DNA of 64,000 nucleotides from NCBI RefSeq assembly GCF_057098645.1, contig NZ_CM169472.1; one strand, 5' to 3'. Shown piece by piece: positions 54,551 to 64,000 of this stretch (position 1 is its first letter; each line of letters starts with the position of its first letter). The notes under the pieces were generated by a model. It saw only the letters and a program-made list of their open reading frames with translations, ran no database searches and was not told where the DNA came from. The position numbers and the translations under genes were made by a program.

Positions 54551-55048
54551 TTATCCTGCGACGCTCGCAAAGAATTTTTTGTAATCCGTCGTTGCAAGCA
54601 CTTTTTCAAGCTGTGCCACAAGCTGACGTAAGCCTTGCTCGTCCTCGTCTGTAAAGCGACCGAAGACGGTACTATCGATGTCGAGAACACCAATAATCTG
54701 ATTTTCCACCACCAGCGGCAGAACAATTTCAGAATTACTCGCCGCATCACAAGCAATATGCCCGTCAAACACATGAACATCCTCGATACGCTGCACTTGA
54801 TTGCGGGCAACCGCAGTGCCGCACACGCCGCGCCCGACGGGTATCCGGACACAGGCAATTTTGCCCTGAAATGGTCCGAGTACCAGTGTATCGTCCTCAA
54901 GCAAATAAAAACCTGCCCAGTTTACGTCAGTGAGACGCTCATATAACAACGCACTGGTGTTCGCAAGCGTTGCCAGAAAACTGGTTTCTCCCGCCATCAG
55001 CGCGTTAAAGTCGCGATTTAAATCCGCGTAAAATTCTGTTTTGTTCAT
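54551..55048 (-). CDS. msrC: Free methionine-(R)-sulfoxide reductase MsrC (GAF domain)
   Basis: Start at MNKTEFYADL gives 165 aa. Confidence 0.85.
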   Translation of the reverse strand: MNKTEFYADLNRDFNALMAGETSFLATLANTSALLYERLTDVNWAGFYLLEDDTLVLGPFQGKIACVRIPVGRGVCGTAVARNQVQRIEDVHVFDGHIACDAASNSEIVLPLVVENQIIGVLDIDSTVFGRFTDEDEQGLRQLVAQLEKVLATTDYKKFFASVAG

Positions 55049-55177
55049 TATATAATCACTTGGTTGTCTTACCTGGAACTGCCAGCCTATTAAAATAAGC
55101 ATTAAATGCGTTAATGCTCAAGATCATTCCCATCATGGGTTAAGATTAATGTTAATTCTTATCACATTTGGCACGTC

Positions 55178-56461
55178 ATGGCTCTTAACACACCACAAAT
55201 TACGCCGACAAAAAAGATAACAGTGAGGGCAATCGGCGAGGAACTGCCGCGTGGTGATTACCAACGTTGCCCGCAATGTGACATGCTGTTTAGCCTGCCC
55301 GAGATAAATTCTCATCAAAGTGCCTATTGTCCGCGCTGTCAGGCAAAAATTCGTGACGGGCGCGACTGGTCGCTAACGCGCCTGGCGGCAATGGCTTTCA
55401 CCATGCTGTTGCTGATGCCTTTTGCCTGGGGCGAACCGCTGTTGCATATCTGGCTGTTAGGTATTCGTATCGACGCCAATGTCATGCAAGGCATCTGGCA
55501 AATGACCAAACAGGGCGATGCGATAACGGGGTCGATGGTCTTTTTCTGCGTTATTGGTGCCCCCCTCATTCTGGTGACCTCCATGGCTTATTTATGGTTT
55601 GGTAACCGACTGGGAATGAATCTACGCCCGGTACTGCTGATGCTTGAGCGACTTAAAGAGTGGGTAATGCTCGATATCTACCTGGTCGGCATTGGCGTTG
55701 CTTCTATAAAGGTACAGGATTATGCCCATATCCAGGCGGGTGTCGGCTTGTTCTCTTTTGTGGCGTTGGTGATTTTGACGACGGTGACGTTGTCACATCT
55801 TAATGTCGAGGAGCTGTGGGAGCGATTTTATCCGCAGCGCCCCGCTACGCGTAGGGACGAGAAACTTCGTGTCTGTCTTGGGTGCCATTTTACCGGCTAT
55901 CCTGATCAGCGTGGTCGCTGCCCGCGTTGCCATATTCCGCTACGCCTGCGTCGCCGTCATAGTTTGCAAAAATGCTGGGCGGCGCTGTTAGCGTCAATCG
56001 TTTTGTTGTTACCTGCCAACCTGTTGCCTATTTCTATCATTTATCTGAATGGTAGCCGGCAGGAAGATACGATTCTTTCCGGGATTATGTCGCTGGCAAG
56101 TAGCAACATTGCCGTTGCGGGAATCGTGTTTATCGCCAGTATTCTGGTACCGTTTACTAAAGTGATCGTCATGTTCACTTTACTGTTGAGCATTCATTTT
56201 AAATGCCAGCAAGGTTTACGCACACGCATTCTGTTACTGCGAATGGTGACCTGGATTGGTCGCTGGTCGATGCTCGACCTGTTTGTCATATCTTTAACCA
56301 TGTCGCTGATTAATCGCGATCAGATCCTCGCTTTTACTATGGGACCGGCTGCGTTTTATTTCGGCGCAGCGGTAATTTTGACTATTCTTGCTGTGGAATG
56401 GCTGGACAGCCGCTTACTTTGGGATGCACATGAGTCAGGAAACGCCCGCTTCGACGACTGA
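55178..56461 (+). CDS. yebS: PqiA-family inner-membrane protein YebS (LetA)
   Basis: 427-aa ORF with zinc-ribbon-like CxxC pairs and multiple TM segments. Confidence 0.85.
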   Translation: MALNTPQITPTKKITVRAIGEELPRGDYQRCPQCDMLFSLPEINSHQSAYCPRCQAKIRDGRDWSLTRLAAMAFTMLLLMPFAWGEPLLHIWLLGIRIDANVMQGIWQMTKQGDAITGSMVFFCVIGAPLILVTSMAYLWFGNRLGMNLRPVLLMLERLKEWVMLDIYLVGIGVASIKVQDYAHIQAGVGLFSFVALVILTTVTLSHLNVEELWERFYPQRPATRRDEKLRVCLGCHFTGYPDQRGRCPRCHIPLRLRRRHSLQKCWAALLASIVLLLPANLLPISIIYLNGSRQEDTILSGIMSLASSNIAVAGIVFIASILVPFTKVIVMFTLLLSIHFKCQQGLRTRILLLRMVTWIGRWSMLDLFVISLTMSLINRDQILAFTMGPAAFYFGAAVILTILAVEWLDSRLLWDAHESGNARFDD

Positions 56462-59063
56462 AGCGCAGATTAAAAATAAACGCCGTATCTCACCTTTCTG
56501 GCTGCTGCCGTTCATCGCGCTAATGATTGCCGGTTGGCTGATTTGGGACAGTTATCAGGACCGGGGTAATACCGTCACCATCGACTTTATGTCGGCGGAT
56601 GGTATTGTTCCAGGCCGTACGCCTGTTCGTTATCAGGGCGTTGAAGTCGGAACAGTGCAGGATATCAGCCTCAGCGACGATCTTCGTAAGATTGAAGTCA
56701 AGGTCAGCATCAAGTCCGATATGAAAGATGCGCTGCGCGAAGAGACTCAGTTCTGGCTGGTGACGCCAAAAGCATCGTTGGCAGGTGTCTCCGGGCTGGA
56801 CGCCCTCGTCGGTGGGAACTATATCGGCATGATGCCGGGTAAAGGTAAAGAGCAGGATCACTTTGTCGCGCTCGATACCCAACCGAAATATCGGCTGGAC
56901 AATGGCGATCTGATGATCCACCTGCAAGCCCCCGATCTCGGTTCGCTGAACAGCGGTTCATTGGTCTATTTCCGCAAGATCCCGGTGGGTAAAGTCTACG
57001 ACTATGCCATCAATCCCAATAAACAAGGCGTGGTGATTGATGTCCTGATCGAGCGGCGTTTTACCGATCTGGTGAAAAAAGGTAGCCGTTTCTGGAACGT
57101 TTCCGGCGTTGATGCCAACGTCAGTATCAGTGGCGCGAAGGTGAAACTGGAAAGCCTGGCGGCACTGGTTAACGGTGCGATTGCCTTCGATTCACCTGAA
57201 GAGTCGAAACCTGCCGAGGCGGAAGATACCTTTGGTCTGTATGAAGATCTGGCCCACAGCCAGCGTGGCGTAATAATAAAACTGGAACTGCCGAGTGGGG
57301 CAGGATTAACCGCCGACTCGACGCCGTTAATGTATCAGGGGCTGGAAGTCGGACAGCTGACTAAACTGGATTTAAATCCTGGTGGTAAAGTCACCGGAGA
57401 AATGACCGTTGATCCCAGCGTCGTTACCCTGCTTCGTGAAAATACCCGCATCGAATTACGTAATCCGAAATTATCCCTTAGCGATGCCAATCTCAGCGCC
57501 CTGCTGACTGGCAAAACCTTCGAGTTGGTACCGGGCGATGGCGAGCCACGCAAAGAGTTCGTTGTTGTGCCAGGCGAAAAAGCACTGCTGCATGAACCTG
57601 ATGTTCTGACGCTGACCCTGACCGCACCGGAAAGTTACGGTATTGATGCGGGTCAGCCGCTCATTCTTCACGGCGTGCAGGTAGGCCTGGTTATCGATCG
57701 TAAACTCACCAGCAAAGGCGTCACCTTTACCGTCGCCATCGAGCCTCAGCATCGAGAACTGGTAAAAGGCGATAGCAAATTTGTCGTCAACAGCCGTGTC
57801 GACGTGAAGGTGGGGCTGGATGGCGTTGAGTTTCTCGGTGCCAGCGCCTCAGAATGGATTAACGGCGGGATACGTATTCTGCCGGGCGATAAAGGCGAGA
57901 TGAAAGCCAGCTATCCACTGTATGCCAATCTGGAAAAAGCGCTGGAGAACAGCCTTAGCGATTTACCCACCACAACCGTGAGTTTGAGTGCAGAGACGCT
58001 GCCGGATGTGCAGGCAGGATCGGTAGTGCTGTACCGTAAATTTGAAGTTGGTGAAGTTATTACCGTGCGTCCGCGAGCTAACGCGTTTGATATCGATCTG
58101 CATATTAAGCCGGAGTATCGCAACCTTCTGACCAGCAATAGCGTGTTCTGGGCAGAAGGCGGGGCGAAAGTTCAGCTGAATGGTAGTGGCCTGACCGTAC
58201 AGGCATCCCCGCTCTCCAGAGCATTAAAGGGAGCCATTAGCTTCGATAACCTCAGCGGTGCCAGCGCCAGTCAGCGTAAAGGCGATAAGCGTATTCTGTA
58301 TGCTTCCGAAACAGCGGCCCGTGCGGTTGGCGGGCAGATTACGCTTCACGCTTTCGATGCCGGAAAACTGGCAGTCGGGATGCCAATTCGCTATCTCGGT
58401 ATTGATATCGGGCAAATCCAGACGCTGGATCTGATTACCGCGCGCAATGAAGTACAGGCAAAGGCGGTGCTCTATCCGGAATATGTCCAGACCTTTGCTC
58501 GCGGTGGTACGCGCTTCTCAGTGGTCACACCGCAAATTTCGGCAGCTGGCGTTGAGCATCTTGATACTATCCTCCAGCCGTATATCAACGTCGAACCAGG
58601 CCGGGGCAATCCTCGCCGCGACTTTGAATTACAAGAGGCCACCATTACTGATTCGCGTTACCTGGATGGCTTAAGCATTATTGTTGAAGCGCCGGAAGCC
58701 GGTTCGTTAGGCATCGGTACGCCTGTGCTGTTCCGTGGTCTGGAAGTCGGTACGGTTACCGGAATGACGCTGGGGACATTGTCAGATCGCGTGATGATTG
58801 CGATGCGCATCAGTAAACGCTATCAACACCTGGTGCGTAACAATTCCGTCTTCTGGTTGGCATCGGGTTACAGTCTGGACTTTGGTCTGACGGGCGGCGT
58901 AGTGAAAACCGGCACCTTTAACCAGTTTATCCGTGGCGGCATCGCCTTCGCCACGCCTCCGGGTACGCCACTGGCACCGAAAGCCCAGGAAGGCAAGCAC
59001 TTCCTGTTGCAGGAAAGTGAACCGAAAGAGTGGCGTGAATGGGGTACTGCGCTTCCCAAATAA
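56430..59063 (+). CDS. yebT: Multi-MCE-domain periplasmic protein YebT (LetB)
   Basis: Start ATG 56430 ([10 protein letters not shown]) gives 877 aa; overlaps the yebS 3' end by 32 nt; repeated MCE domains. Confidence 0.85.
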   Translation: MSQETPASTTEAQIKNKRRISPFWLLPFIALMIAGWLIWDSYQDRGNTVTIDFMSADGIVPGRTPVRYQGVEVGTVQDISLSDDLRKIEVKVSIKSDMKDALREETQFWLVTPKASLAGVSGLDALVGGNYIGMMPGKGKEQDHFVALDTQPKYRLDNGDLMIHLQAPDLGSLNSGSLVYFRKIPVGKVYDYAINPNKQGVVIDVLIERRFTDLVKKGSRFWNVSGVDANVSISGAKVKLESLAALVNGAIAFDSPEESKPAEAEDTFGLYEDLAHSQRGVIIKLELPSGAGLTADSTPLMYQGLEVGQLTKLDLNPGGKVTGEMTVDPSVVTLLRENTRIELRNPKLSLSDANLSALLTGKTFELVPGDGEPRKEFVVVPGEKALLHEPDVLTLTLTAPESYGIDAGQPLILHGVQVGLVIDRKLTSKGVTFTVAIEPQHRELVKGDSKFVVNSRVDVKVGLDGVEFLGASASEWINGGIRILPGDKGEMKASYPLYANLEKALENSLSDLPTTTVSLSAETLPDVQAGSVVLYRKFEVGEVITVRPRANAFDIDLHIKPEYRNLLTSNSVFWAEGGAKVQLNGSGLTVQASPLSRALKGAISFDNLSGASASQRKGDKRILYASETAARAVGGQITLHAFDAGKLAVGMPIRYLGIDIGQIQTLDLITARNEVQAKAVLYPEYVQTFARGGTRFSVVTPQISAAGVEHLDTILQPYINVEPGRGNPRRDFELQEATITDSRYLDGLSIIVEAPEAGSLGIGTPVLFRGLEVGTVTGMTLGTLSDRVMIAMRISKRYQHLVRNNSVFWLASGYSLDFGLTGGVVKTGTFNQFIRGGIAFATPPGTPLAPKAQEGKHFLLQESEPKEWREWGTALPK

Positions 59064-59072
59064 TGCCCACTG

Positions 59073-59100
59073 CTCCGGCGTGCCTGCGCCGGAGCGTTTA
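59073..59100 (+). terminator. Stem-loop after yebT
   Basis: CTCCGGCG-tgcctg-CGCCGGAG followed by a T-rich tail. Confidence 0.5.
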
Positions 59101-59142
59101 TGCTAAACTGCGCGCCTGTTTTTTTGCCAGTGGTATATGCTC

Positions 59143-60582
59143 GTGGCCCAACACACCGTTTATTTCCCGGACGCCTTTCTGACGCAAATGCGCGAAGCGA
59201 TGCCTTCGACGCTCTCTTTTGATGATTTTCTTGCCGCCTGTCAGCGCCCGTTGCGCCGCAGCATTCGCGTTAATACGCTGAAAATCTCCGTTGCTGATTT
59301 CCTGCAATTAACCGCTCCTTATGGCTGGACGCTTACGCCAATTCCGTGGTGTGAAGAAGGTTTCTGGATTGAACGCGACGATGAAGATGCATTGCCATTG
59401 GGTAGTACCGCCGAGCATTTAAGCGGCCTGTTTTATATTCAGGAAGCCAGTTCAATGTTGCCCGTCGCCGCCTTGTTTGCTGACGGTAATGCACCACAGC
59501 GGGTGATGGATGTCGCTGCTGCGCCTGGCTCAAAAACGACGCAAATTGCCGCGCGGATGAATAACGAAGGAGCGATCCTTGCCAATGAGTTTTCCGCCAG
59601 TCGGGTAAAAGTGTTACATGCCAATATCAGCCGCTGTGGCATCAGTAATGTTGCGCTCACACATTTTGATGGCCGCGTGTTTGGTGCGGCAGTGCCAGAA
59701 ATGTTCGATGCCATTTTGCTGGACGCTCCCTGCTCCGGCGAAGGCGTGGTGCGTAAAGATCCCGATGCGCTAAAAAACTGGTCACCCGAAAGCAATCATG
59801 AAATCGCAGCTACCCAACGGGAACTGATTGACAGCGCCTTTCATGCATTACGTCCTGGCGGTACGCTGGTTTACTCGACCTGCACCTTAAACCGGGAAGA
59901 AAACGAAGCCGTTTGCCTGTGGCTGAAAGAGACTTACCCCGACGCAGTAGAGTTTTTACCGCTTGGCGATCTCTTCCCAAGTGCAAACAAGGCGCTGACC
60001 GAGGAAGGCTTTTTGCATGTTTTCCCACAAATTTACGACTGCGAAGGCTTCTTCGTTGCTCGTCTGCGTAAAACTCAGGCGATTCCCGCCTTACCCGCTC
60101 CAAAATACAAAGTGGGCAATTTCCCGTTCAGCCGGGTGAAAGATCGCGAAGCCGCACAAATTCGTCAGGCGGCTGCAAGTGTTGGCTTAAACTGGGATGG
60201 AAACCTGCGACTCTGGCAGCGCGACAAAGAAGTGTGGTTGTTCCCGGTGGGCATTGAAGCCCTGATCGGTAAAGTCCGATTTTCTCGGTTGGGGATTAAA
60301 CTTGCCGAAACGCACAACAAAGGTTATCGCTGGCAGCATGAAGCAGTTATTGCCCTTGCCACCCCCGACAATGTGAACGCTTTTGAACTGACACCGCAAG
60401 AAGCGGAGGAGTGGTATCGCGGGCGCGATGTTTACCCGCAAGCCGCGCCAGTGGCGGATGATGTGTTGGTTACTTTCCAGCATCAGCCGATTGGTTTAGC
60501 CAAACGGATTGGTTCGCGACTGAAAAACAGCTACCCGCGTGAACTGGTGCGGGACGGGAAACTTTTTACCAGTAACGCATGA
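59143..60582 (+). CDS. rsmF: 16S rRNA m5C1407 methyltransferase RsmF
   Basis: GTG 59143 gives 479 aa; ATG 59137 is an alternative; SAM-dependent MTase motifs. Confidence 0.85.
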   Translation: MAQHTVYFPDAFLTQMREAMPSTLSFDDFLAACQRPLRRSIRVNTLKISVADFLQLTAPYGWTLTPIPWCEEGFWIERDDEDALPLGSTAEHLSGLFYIQEASSMLPVAALFADGNAPQRVMDVAAAPGSKTTQIAARMNNEGAILANEFSASRVKVLHANISRCGISNVALTHFDGRVFGAAVPEMFDAILLDAPCSGEGVVRKDPDALKNWSPESNHEIAATQRELIDSAFHALRPGGTLVYSTCTLNREENEAVCLWLKETYPDAVEFLPLGDLFPSANKALTEEGFLHVFPQIYDCEGFFVARLRKTQAIPALPAPKYKVGNFPFSRVKDREAAQIRQAAASVGLNWDGNLRLWQRDKEVWLFPVGIEALIGKVRFSRLGIKLAETHNKGYRWQHEAVIALATPDNVNAFELTPQEAEEWYRGRDVYPQAAPVADDVLVTFQHQPIGLAKRIGSRLKNSYPRELVRDGKLFTSNA

Positions 60583-60699
60583 CAGCGCACAAAAAAAGCG
60601 CACTTTTTGACTGGCACATTCGGCGGCCTCAACTAGGCTGAAAAATGGTGCGATCGGACTGGTCGTACCACAATCGGCAGCAAAATGGAGAGCACGAAG

Positions 60700-60936
60700 A
60701 TGAAAACCAGTGTGCGCATAGGCGCTTTTGAAATCGACGACGGCGAATTACACGGTGAATCGCCGGGTGATCGAACGTTAACCATTCCTTGTAAATCTGA
60801 CCCCGATTTATGTATGCAACTGGATGCCTGGGATGCTGAAACCAGTATCCCTGCCCTGCTAAATGGCGAACACTCTGTCCTTTACCGTACCCGTTACGAT
60901 CAACAATCTGATGCCTGGATTATGCGTCTTGCCTGA
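60700..60936 (+). CDS. yebV: Uncharacterised protein YebV
   Basis: Start at MKTSVRIGAF gives 78 aa. Confidence 0.75.
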   Translation: MKTSVRIGAFEIDDGELHGESPGDRTLTIPCKSDPDLCMQLDAWDAETSIPALLNGEHSVLYRTRYDQQSDAWIMRLA

Positions 60937-61040
60937 TCCAAAAAGAACCCGTCGGCATGGCGGGTTATTTGTCCTGGTTATTCCCCCGTTGTAAAATCTC
61001 TCCTAAACTTAACGGTACGGCACCACACTTCGGGGATGAA

Positions 61041-61232
61041 ATGTTCGCGCTGGTACTTTTTGTTTGCTACCTGGATGGCGGTTGTGAAGATATTGTTGTG
61101 GATGTCTACAACACGGAACAGCAGTGTCTTCATTCTATGAGCGATCAACGGATCCGCCATGGCGGTTGTTTTCCGATTGAGGATTTTATAGATGGTTTCT
61201 GGCGACCTGCACAGGAGTACGGTGATTTTTAA
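61041..61232 (+). CDS. yebW: Uncharacterised protein YebW
   Basis: Start at MFALVLFVCY gives 63 aa. Confidence 0.7.
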   Translation: MFALVLFVCYLDGGCEDIVVDVYNTEQQCLHSMSDQRIRHGGCFPIEDFIDGFWRPAQEYGDF

Positions 61233-61889
61233 TTATTGCAATTGCACAAGAGTCAGTTCGCCCCCAAAGACAGCACCGGTATCAATATAATGCAGGTTGC
61301 CAATATCCACGCGATGTCGCAACGGTGTATGACCAAACCAGAAATGATCAGCACCTGTAATTCCCTGCCTATTTGGGCGTTCACCTAATCGTGAGCGGCT
61401 CCACAAGACCTGATGCAAATCAACGTCCTTTTGCCATTCATAAACATCATCTGGATAATCGGCATGAGCAATAACATGTTTGCCGGTGCGGCTGTGTACT
61501 TCAAGAATAAAGGGCAAATGCTGACATTTTTCCAGCGCCGTTTTCGCTTGTTTCTGTTGATTATCTGCCAGCGCAATAAACCAGTCGCCGCCATTCATCA
61601 ACCACAAAGACATCTGCTGGGATGCCAGCGCATCCATCGCCATCTGTTCATGATTGCCTCTTACCGCACGAACCCAATGTTGTTCCAGTAACTGCAGACA
61701 ACGTAAACTATGCGGCCCACGATCGATAACGTCTCCCACTGAGATAAGTAAATCTCGCCACGGATCAAAACGACAATGCCATAATTTGCGGCGCAACTGC
61801 TCAAGACAACCGTGTATATCGCCAGAAAGCCAGATATGTCGCCATTGATGACCCGCAATTCTCTGATAAACGGGCGCAGGCTGTTTCAT
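61233..61889 (-). CDS. pphA: Serine/threonine protein phosphatase 1 PphA
   Basis: 218 aa; calcineurin-like metallophosphatase motifs GDIHG and GDVIDRG. Confidence 0.9.
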   Translation of the reverse strand: MKQPAPVYQRIAGHQWRHIWLSGDIHGCLEQLRRKLWHCRFDPWRDLLISVGDVIDRGPHSLRCLQLLEQHWVRAVRGNHEQMAMDALASQQMSLWLMNGGDWFIALADNQQKQAKTALEKCQHLPFILEVHSRTGKHVIAHADYPDDVYEWQKDVDLHQVLWSRSRLGERPNRQGITGADHFWFGHTPLRHRVDIGNLHYIDTGAVFGGELTLVQLQ

Positions 61890-62023
61890 CAATATTTTCC
61901 TCCCGCGCTAAAGATCACATAATCTTAACAAGAATGTTAAAAAACGCTGGACTCAGACAGTAGAGTGTGTGTTATGGTTGACTATAAAGTCAGCGAAGGA
62001 AATGCTTCTGGCTTTTAACAGAT

Positions 62024-62126
62024 AAAAAGAGACCGAACACGATTCCTGTATTCGGTCCAGGGAAATGGCTCTTGGGAGAGAGCCGTGCGCTAAAAGTTGG
62101 CATTAATGCAGGCTTAGTTGCCTTGC
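62024..62126 (-). ncRNA. sdsR: SdsR (RyeB) small RNA
   Basis: Minus-strand sequence GCAAGGCAACTAAGCCTGCATTAATGCCAACTTTTAGCGCACGGCTCTCTCCCAAGAGCCATTTCCCTGGACCGAATACAGGAATCGTGTTCGGTCTCTTTTT, ending in its own hairpin and T-run. Confidence 0.75.
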
Positions 62127-62218
62127 CCTTTAAGAATAGATGACGACGCCAGGTTTTCCAGTTTGCGTGCAAAATGGTCAATAAAAAGCGCGGTGGTCAT
62201 CAGCTTAAATGTTAAAAA

Positions 62219-62255
62219 CCGCCCGTTCTGGTGAAAGAACTGAGGCGGTTTTTTA
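62219..62255. terminator. Bidirectional terminator downstream of yebY
   Basis: CCGCC...GGCGG stem with AAAAA on one side and TTTTTT on the other. Confidence 0.6.
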
Positions 62256-62283
62256 TTGGAAATCAAAAGGCTATTTTAGGTAA

Positions 62284-62625
62284 TTAACAGAGTTTTTCAG
62301 CTCGTTCTATAAACGGTGCCAGACTCATTTTTTCGCCGGGATTGTTAGGATCATCAATCTGAATCACCGAAATGGGTTGGGTTTTAGTCTTCCCACTGGC
62401 AACTTCCTTTTGTGCGATATCGTTTAAAGGATACTGCACGAGGGTACTTGGGTTGATGACATACAAAGCATTACCCGGTCGGCAAGTCAGCATCACCTCT
62501 TCGCGATTAAACGCCCATTTGTCTTTACCCACTTCAAAACGGCTGACGGTAATCACCTGCGGTGCAGCCAGCGCCGCTGCAGAACTGGTGAGTAACAGAA
62601 ACGCCAGAATACTTTTTTTCATCAT
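62284..62625 (-). CDS. yebY: DUF2511 periplasmic protein YebY
   Basis: Start at [10 protein letters not shown] gives 113 aa; ORF track begins two codons earlier; signal peptide. Confidence 0.8.
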   Translation of the reverse strand: MMKKSILAFLLLTSSAAALAAPQVITVSRFEVGKDKWAFNREEVMLTCRPGNALYVINPSTLVQYPLNDIAQKEVASGKTKTQPISVIQIDDPNNPGEKMSLAPFIERAEKLC

Positions 62626-62637
62626 TTTCATAATCCA

Positions 62638-63510
62638 TCAAAAAGGTTCGAGAGTCGCAAGCAGGCTGATGATCACCAGCACTACCGCACCTATCGCCCA
62701 TTCGAGTTTAGTCATCCACACAAACCAGGGTGCCGCACGATCTTCATCCTGCCTCATGCGCGGTACAAGAACATAACGATTAGCCAGCGCAATGACCACC
62801 ATAATCATCACCAGGATGGCTTTGAGCAATAAGAGTTGGCCCCAGTAAGTCGTAAGCGTGGGGGGAAATCCGGTAATCAACAATGCATTAAGCACGCCGC
62901 TTGCCAGTACGCCGATCACCGCAAAATGCCCGCACCAGGAAAAACGCATCAGCGCCTGAATAGCCTGGTGTCGCCAACGGCCTTTGATGAGTTGCATACA
63001 CCAGAGCACCGGCAGTAATCCCCCAAACCACGCCGCCGCACAAATCAGGTGAATCGCGTGATTAGTCTGATGGATTTTCGCCGTTACCCCTTCATTCAGC
63101 GTCGCATGGCCGACTCCCGCCAGCAGAATAAATTGCGCGGTAGTGAGCATAAACAGCAAACGTGGCATATTCCGCGGTTGCATAAGGGCGACGATCAACG
63201 TTACGAGGGCGAGAACAATTTGCCATAACCAGACGCCACCAAACTGCGTTTGCAAAACAGCCTGCCAAATGTTTGGCGAAAATACATCTGTCCATCCCGT
63301 TCCCATCAACCCGCCCTGAACGGCGAGCATTGCAGTGGCACTGATCAAACTCCAGACGGCAGCGTGCTGTTGTAAACGCAGAAAACGCTTCGTCAGCAAG
63401 CGACGAATCGTTAAGGGTGCCAGCCAGGCACCGTACATTGCGAAGCCAAAGACCAGCATCAGCGAGGTGAAATGGATAAATCGCAGCGCGATCCAGGTAA
63501 ACGCCAGCAT
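62638..63510 (-). CDS. yebZ: CopD-family inner-membrane copper-resistance protein YebZ
   Basis: 290-aa polytopic membrane ORF. Confidence 0.85.
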   Translation of the reverse strand: MLAFTWIALRFIHFTSLMLVFGFAMYGAWLAPLTIRRLLTKRFLRLQQHAAVWSLISATAMLAVQGGLMGTGWTDVFSPNIWQAVLQTQFGGVWLWQIVLALVTLIVALMQPRNMPRLLFMLTTAQFILLAGVGHATLNEGVTAKIHQTNHAIHLICAAAWFGGLLPVLWCMQLIKGRWRHQAIQALMRFSWCGHFAVIGVLASGVLNALLITGFPPTLTTYWGQLLLLKAILVMIMVVIALANRYVLVPRMRQDEDRAAPWFVWMTKLEWAIGAVVLVIISLLATLEPF

Positions 63511-63513
63511 GAT

Positions 63514-63888
63514 TTATTTCACGCTAAAGGTGTAGTGTCCTTTCGTTTTATGCCCGTCCACCGAAACAACATGCCAGTCAACGGTGTAGGTTCCGGGTTT
63601 CAGCGAATCGGCCAGTGGAACAATCAGTTGCTTTTGGTCCTGCTCATTTCGCTTCGCCGGTAATGTTTTAATATTTTCGTTTTTTGGCCCCGTGATTTTT
63701 GCACCACTGAATCCTGTTTCAACACCTTCCGAGAAGTTTAAAGTGATTGCCTGCGGAGATGCTGTCACTTGCGCGTTTGCCGCAGGATACTGATGCATTA
63801 AATGCGCATGTGCCCAGACGGAAGGTGTCACCAACGAAGTGGTCAGGATTGCCAGCGCGTAGCGAAGGGAGCGTGCAGTTGAAGCCAT
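63514..63888 (-). CDS. yobA: CopC-family periplasmic copper-binding protein YobA
   Basis: 124-aa ORF with signal peptide and N-terminal His after cleavage. Confidence 0.85.
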   Translation of the reverse strand: MASTARSLRYALAILTTSLVTPSVWAHAHLMHQYPAANAQVTASPQAITLNFSEGVETGFSGAKITGPKNENIKTLPAKRNEQDQKQLIVPLADSLKPGTYTVDWHVVSVDGHKTKGHYTFSVK

Positions 63889-64000
63889 ATTATCTATTCC
63901 TTTTTGTAATAACTTTTTTACAGAGCATAACCTTGTCTAATGTCTGAGTCGAGGATCATCAATTCCGGCTTGCCATCCAGGCTCACTCTTAGTAACTTTT

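Larger units (their letters stand above)
61997..62255 (+). ncRNA. ryeA: RyeA (SraC) sRNA, antisense partner of SdsR; ends uncertain
   Basis: Plus-strand terminator at 62219..62255 is the only one that could end a transcript covering the SdsR complement; 5' end guessed from a weak TATAAA at 61984..61989. Confidence 0.35.

Overview
This window is enterobacterial core chromosome, collinear with the E. coli K-12 yeaD–yobA segment, with genes recognised from their translated products. I found no CRISPR array, tRNA/rRNA, prophage, toxin–antitoxin or defence-island signature, and I do not see a convincing previously undescribed system. Two things break the otherwise K-12-like picture: (1) a 2,640-bp IS21-family insertion sequence (istA/istB, repeat arrays at both ends, 7-bp target-site duplication CACCAGG) splits the aldo-keto reductase gene yeaE; (2) the BCCT transporter gene yeaV carries an in-frame TAA at a position that aligns with a Tyr in the homologue CaiT, while its partner genes yeaW/yeaX are intact. 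Six conserved small-protein genes are missing or buried in the ORF track (yoaI, yoaK, yoaJ, yoaH, yobF, mgrB) and were recovered by hand translation. The window also holds the SdsR(RyeB)/RyeA antisense sRNA locus, a yybP-ykoY Mn2+ riboswitch leader ahead of mntP, and four c-di-GMP turnover genes (yeaI, yeaJ, yeaP, yoaD). All names come from recalled sequence identity and synteny, not a database search; coordinates of short regulatory elements are approximate.
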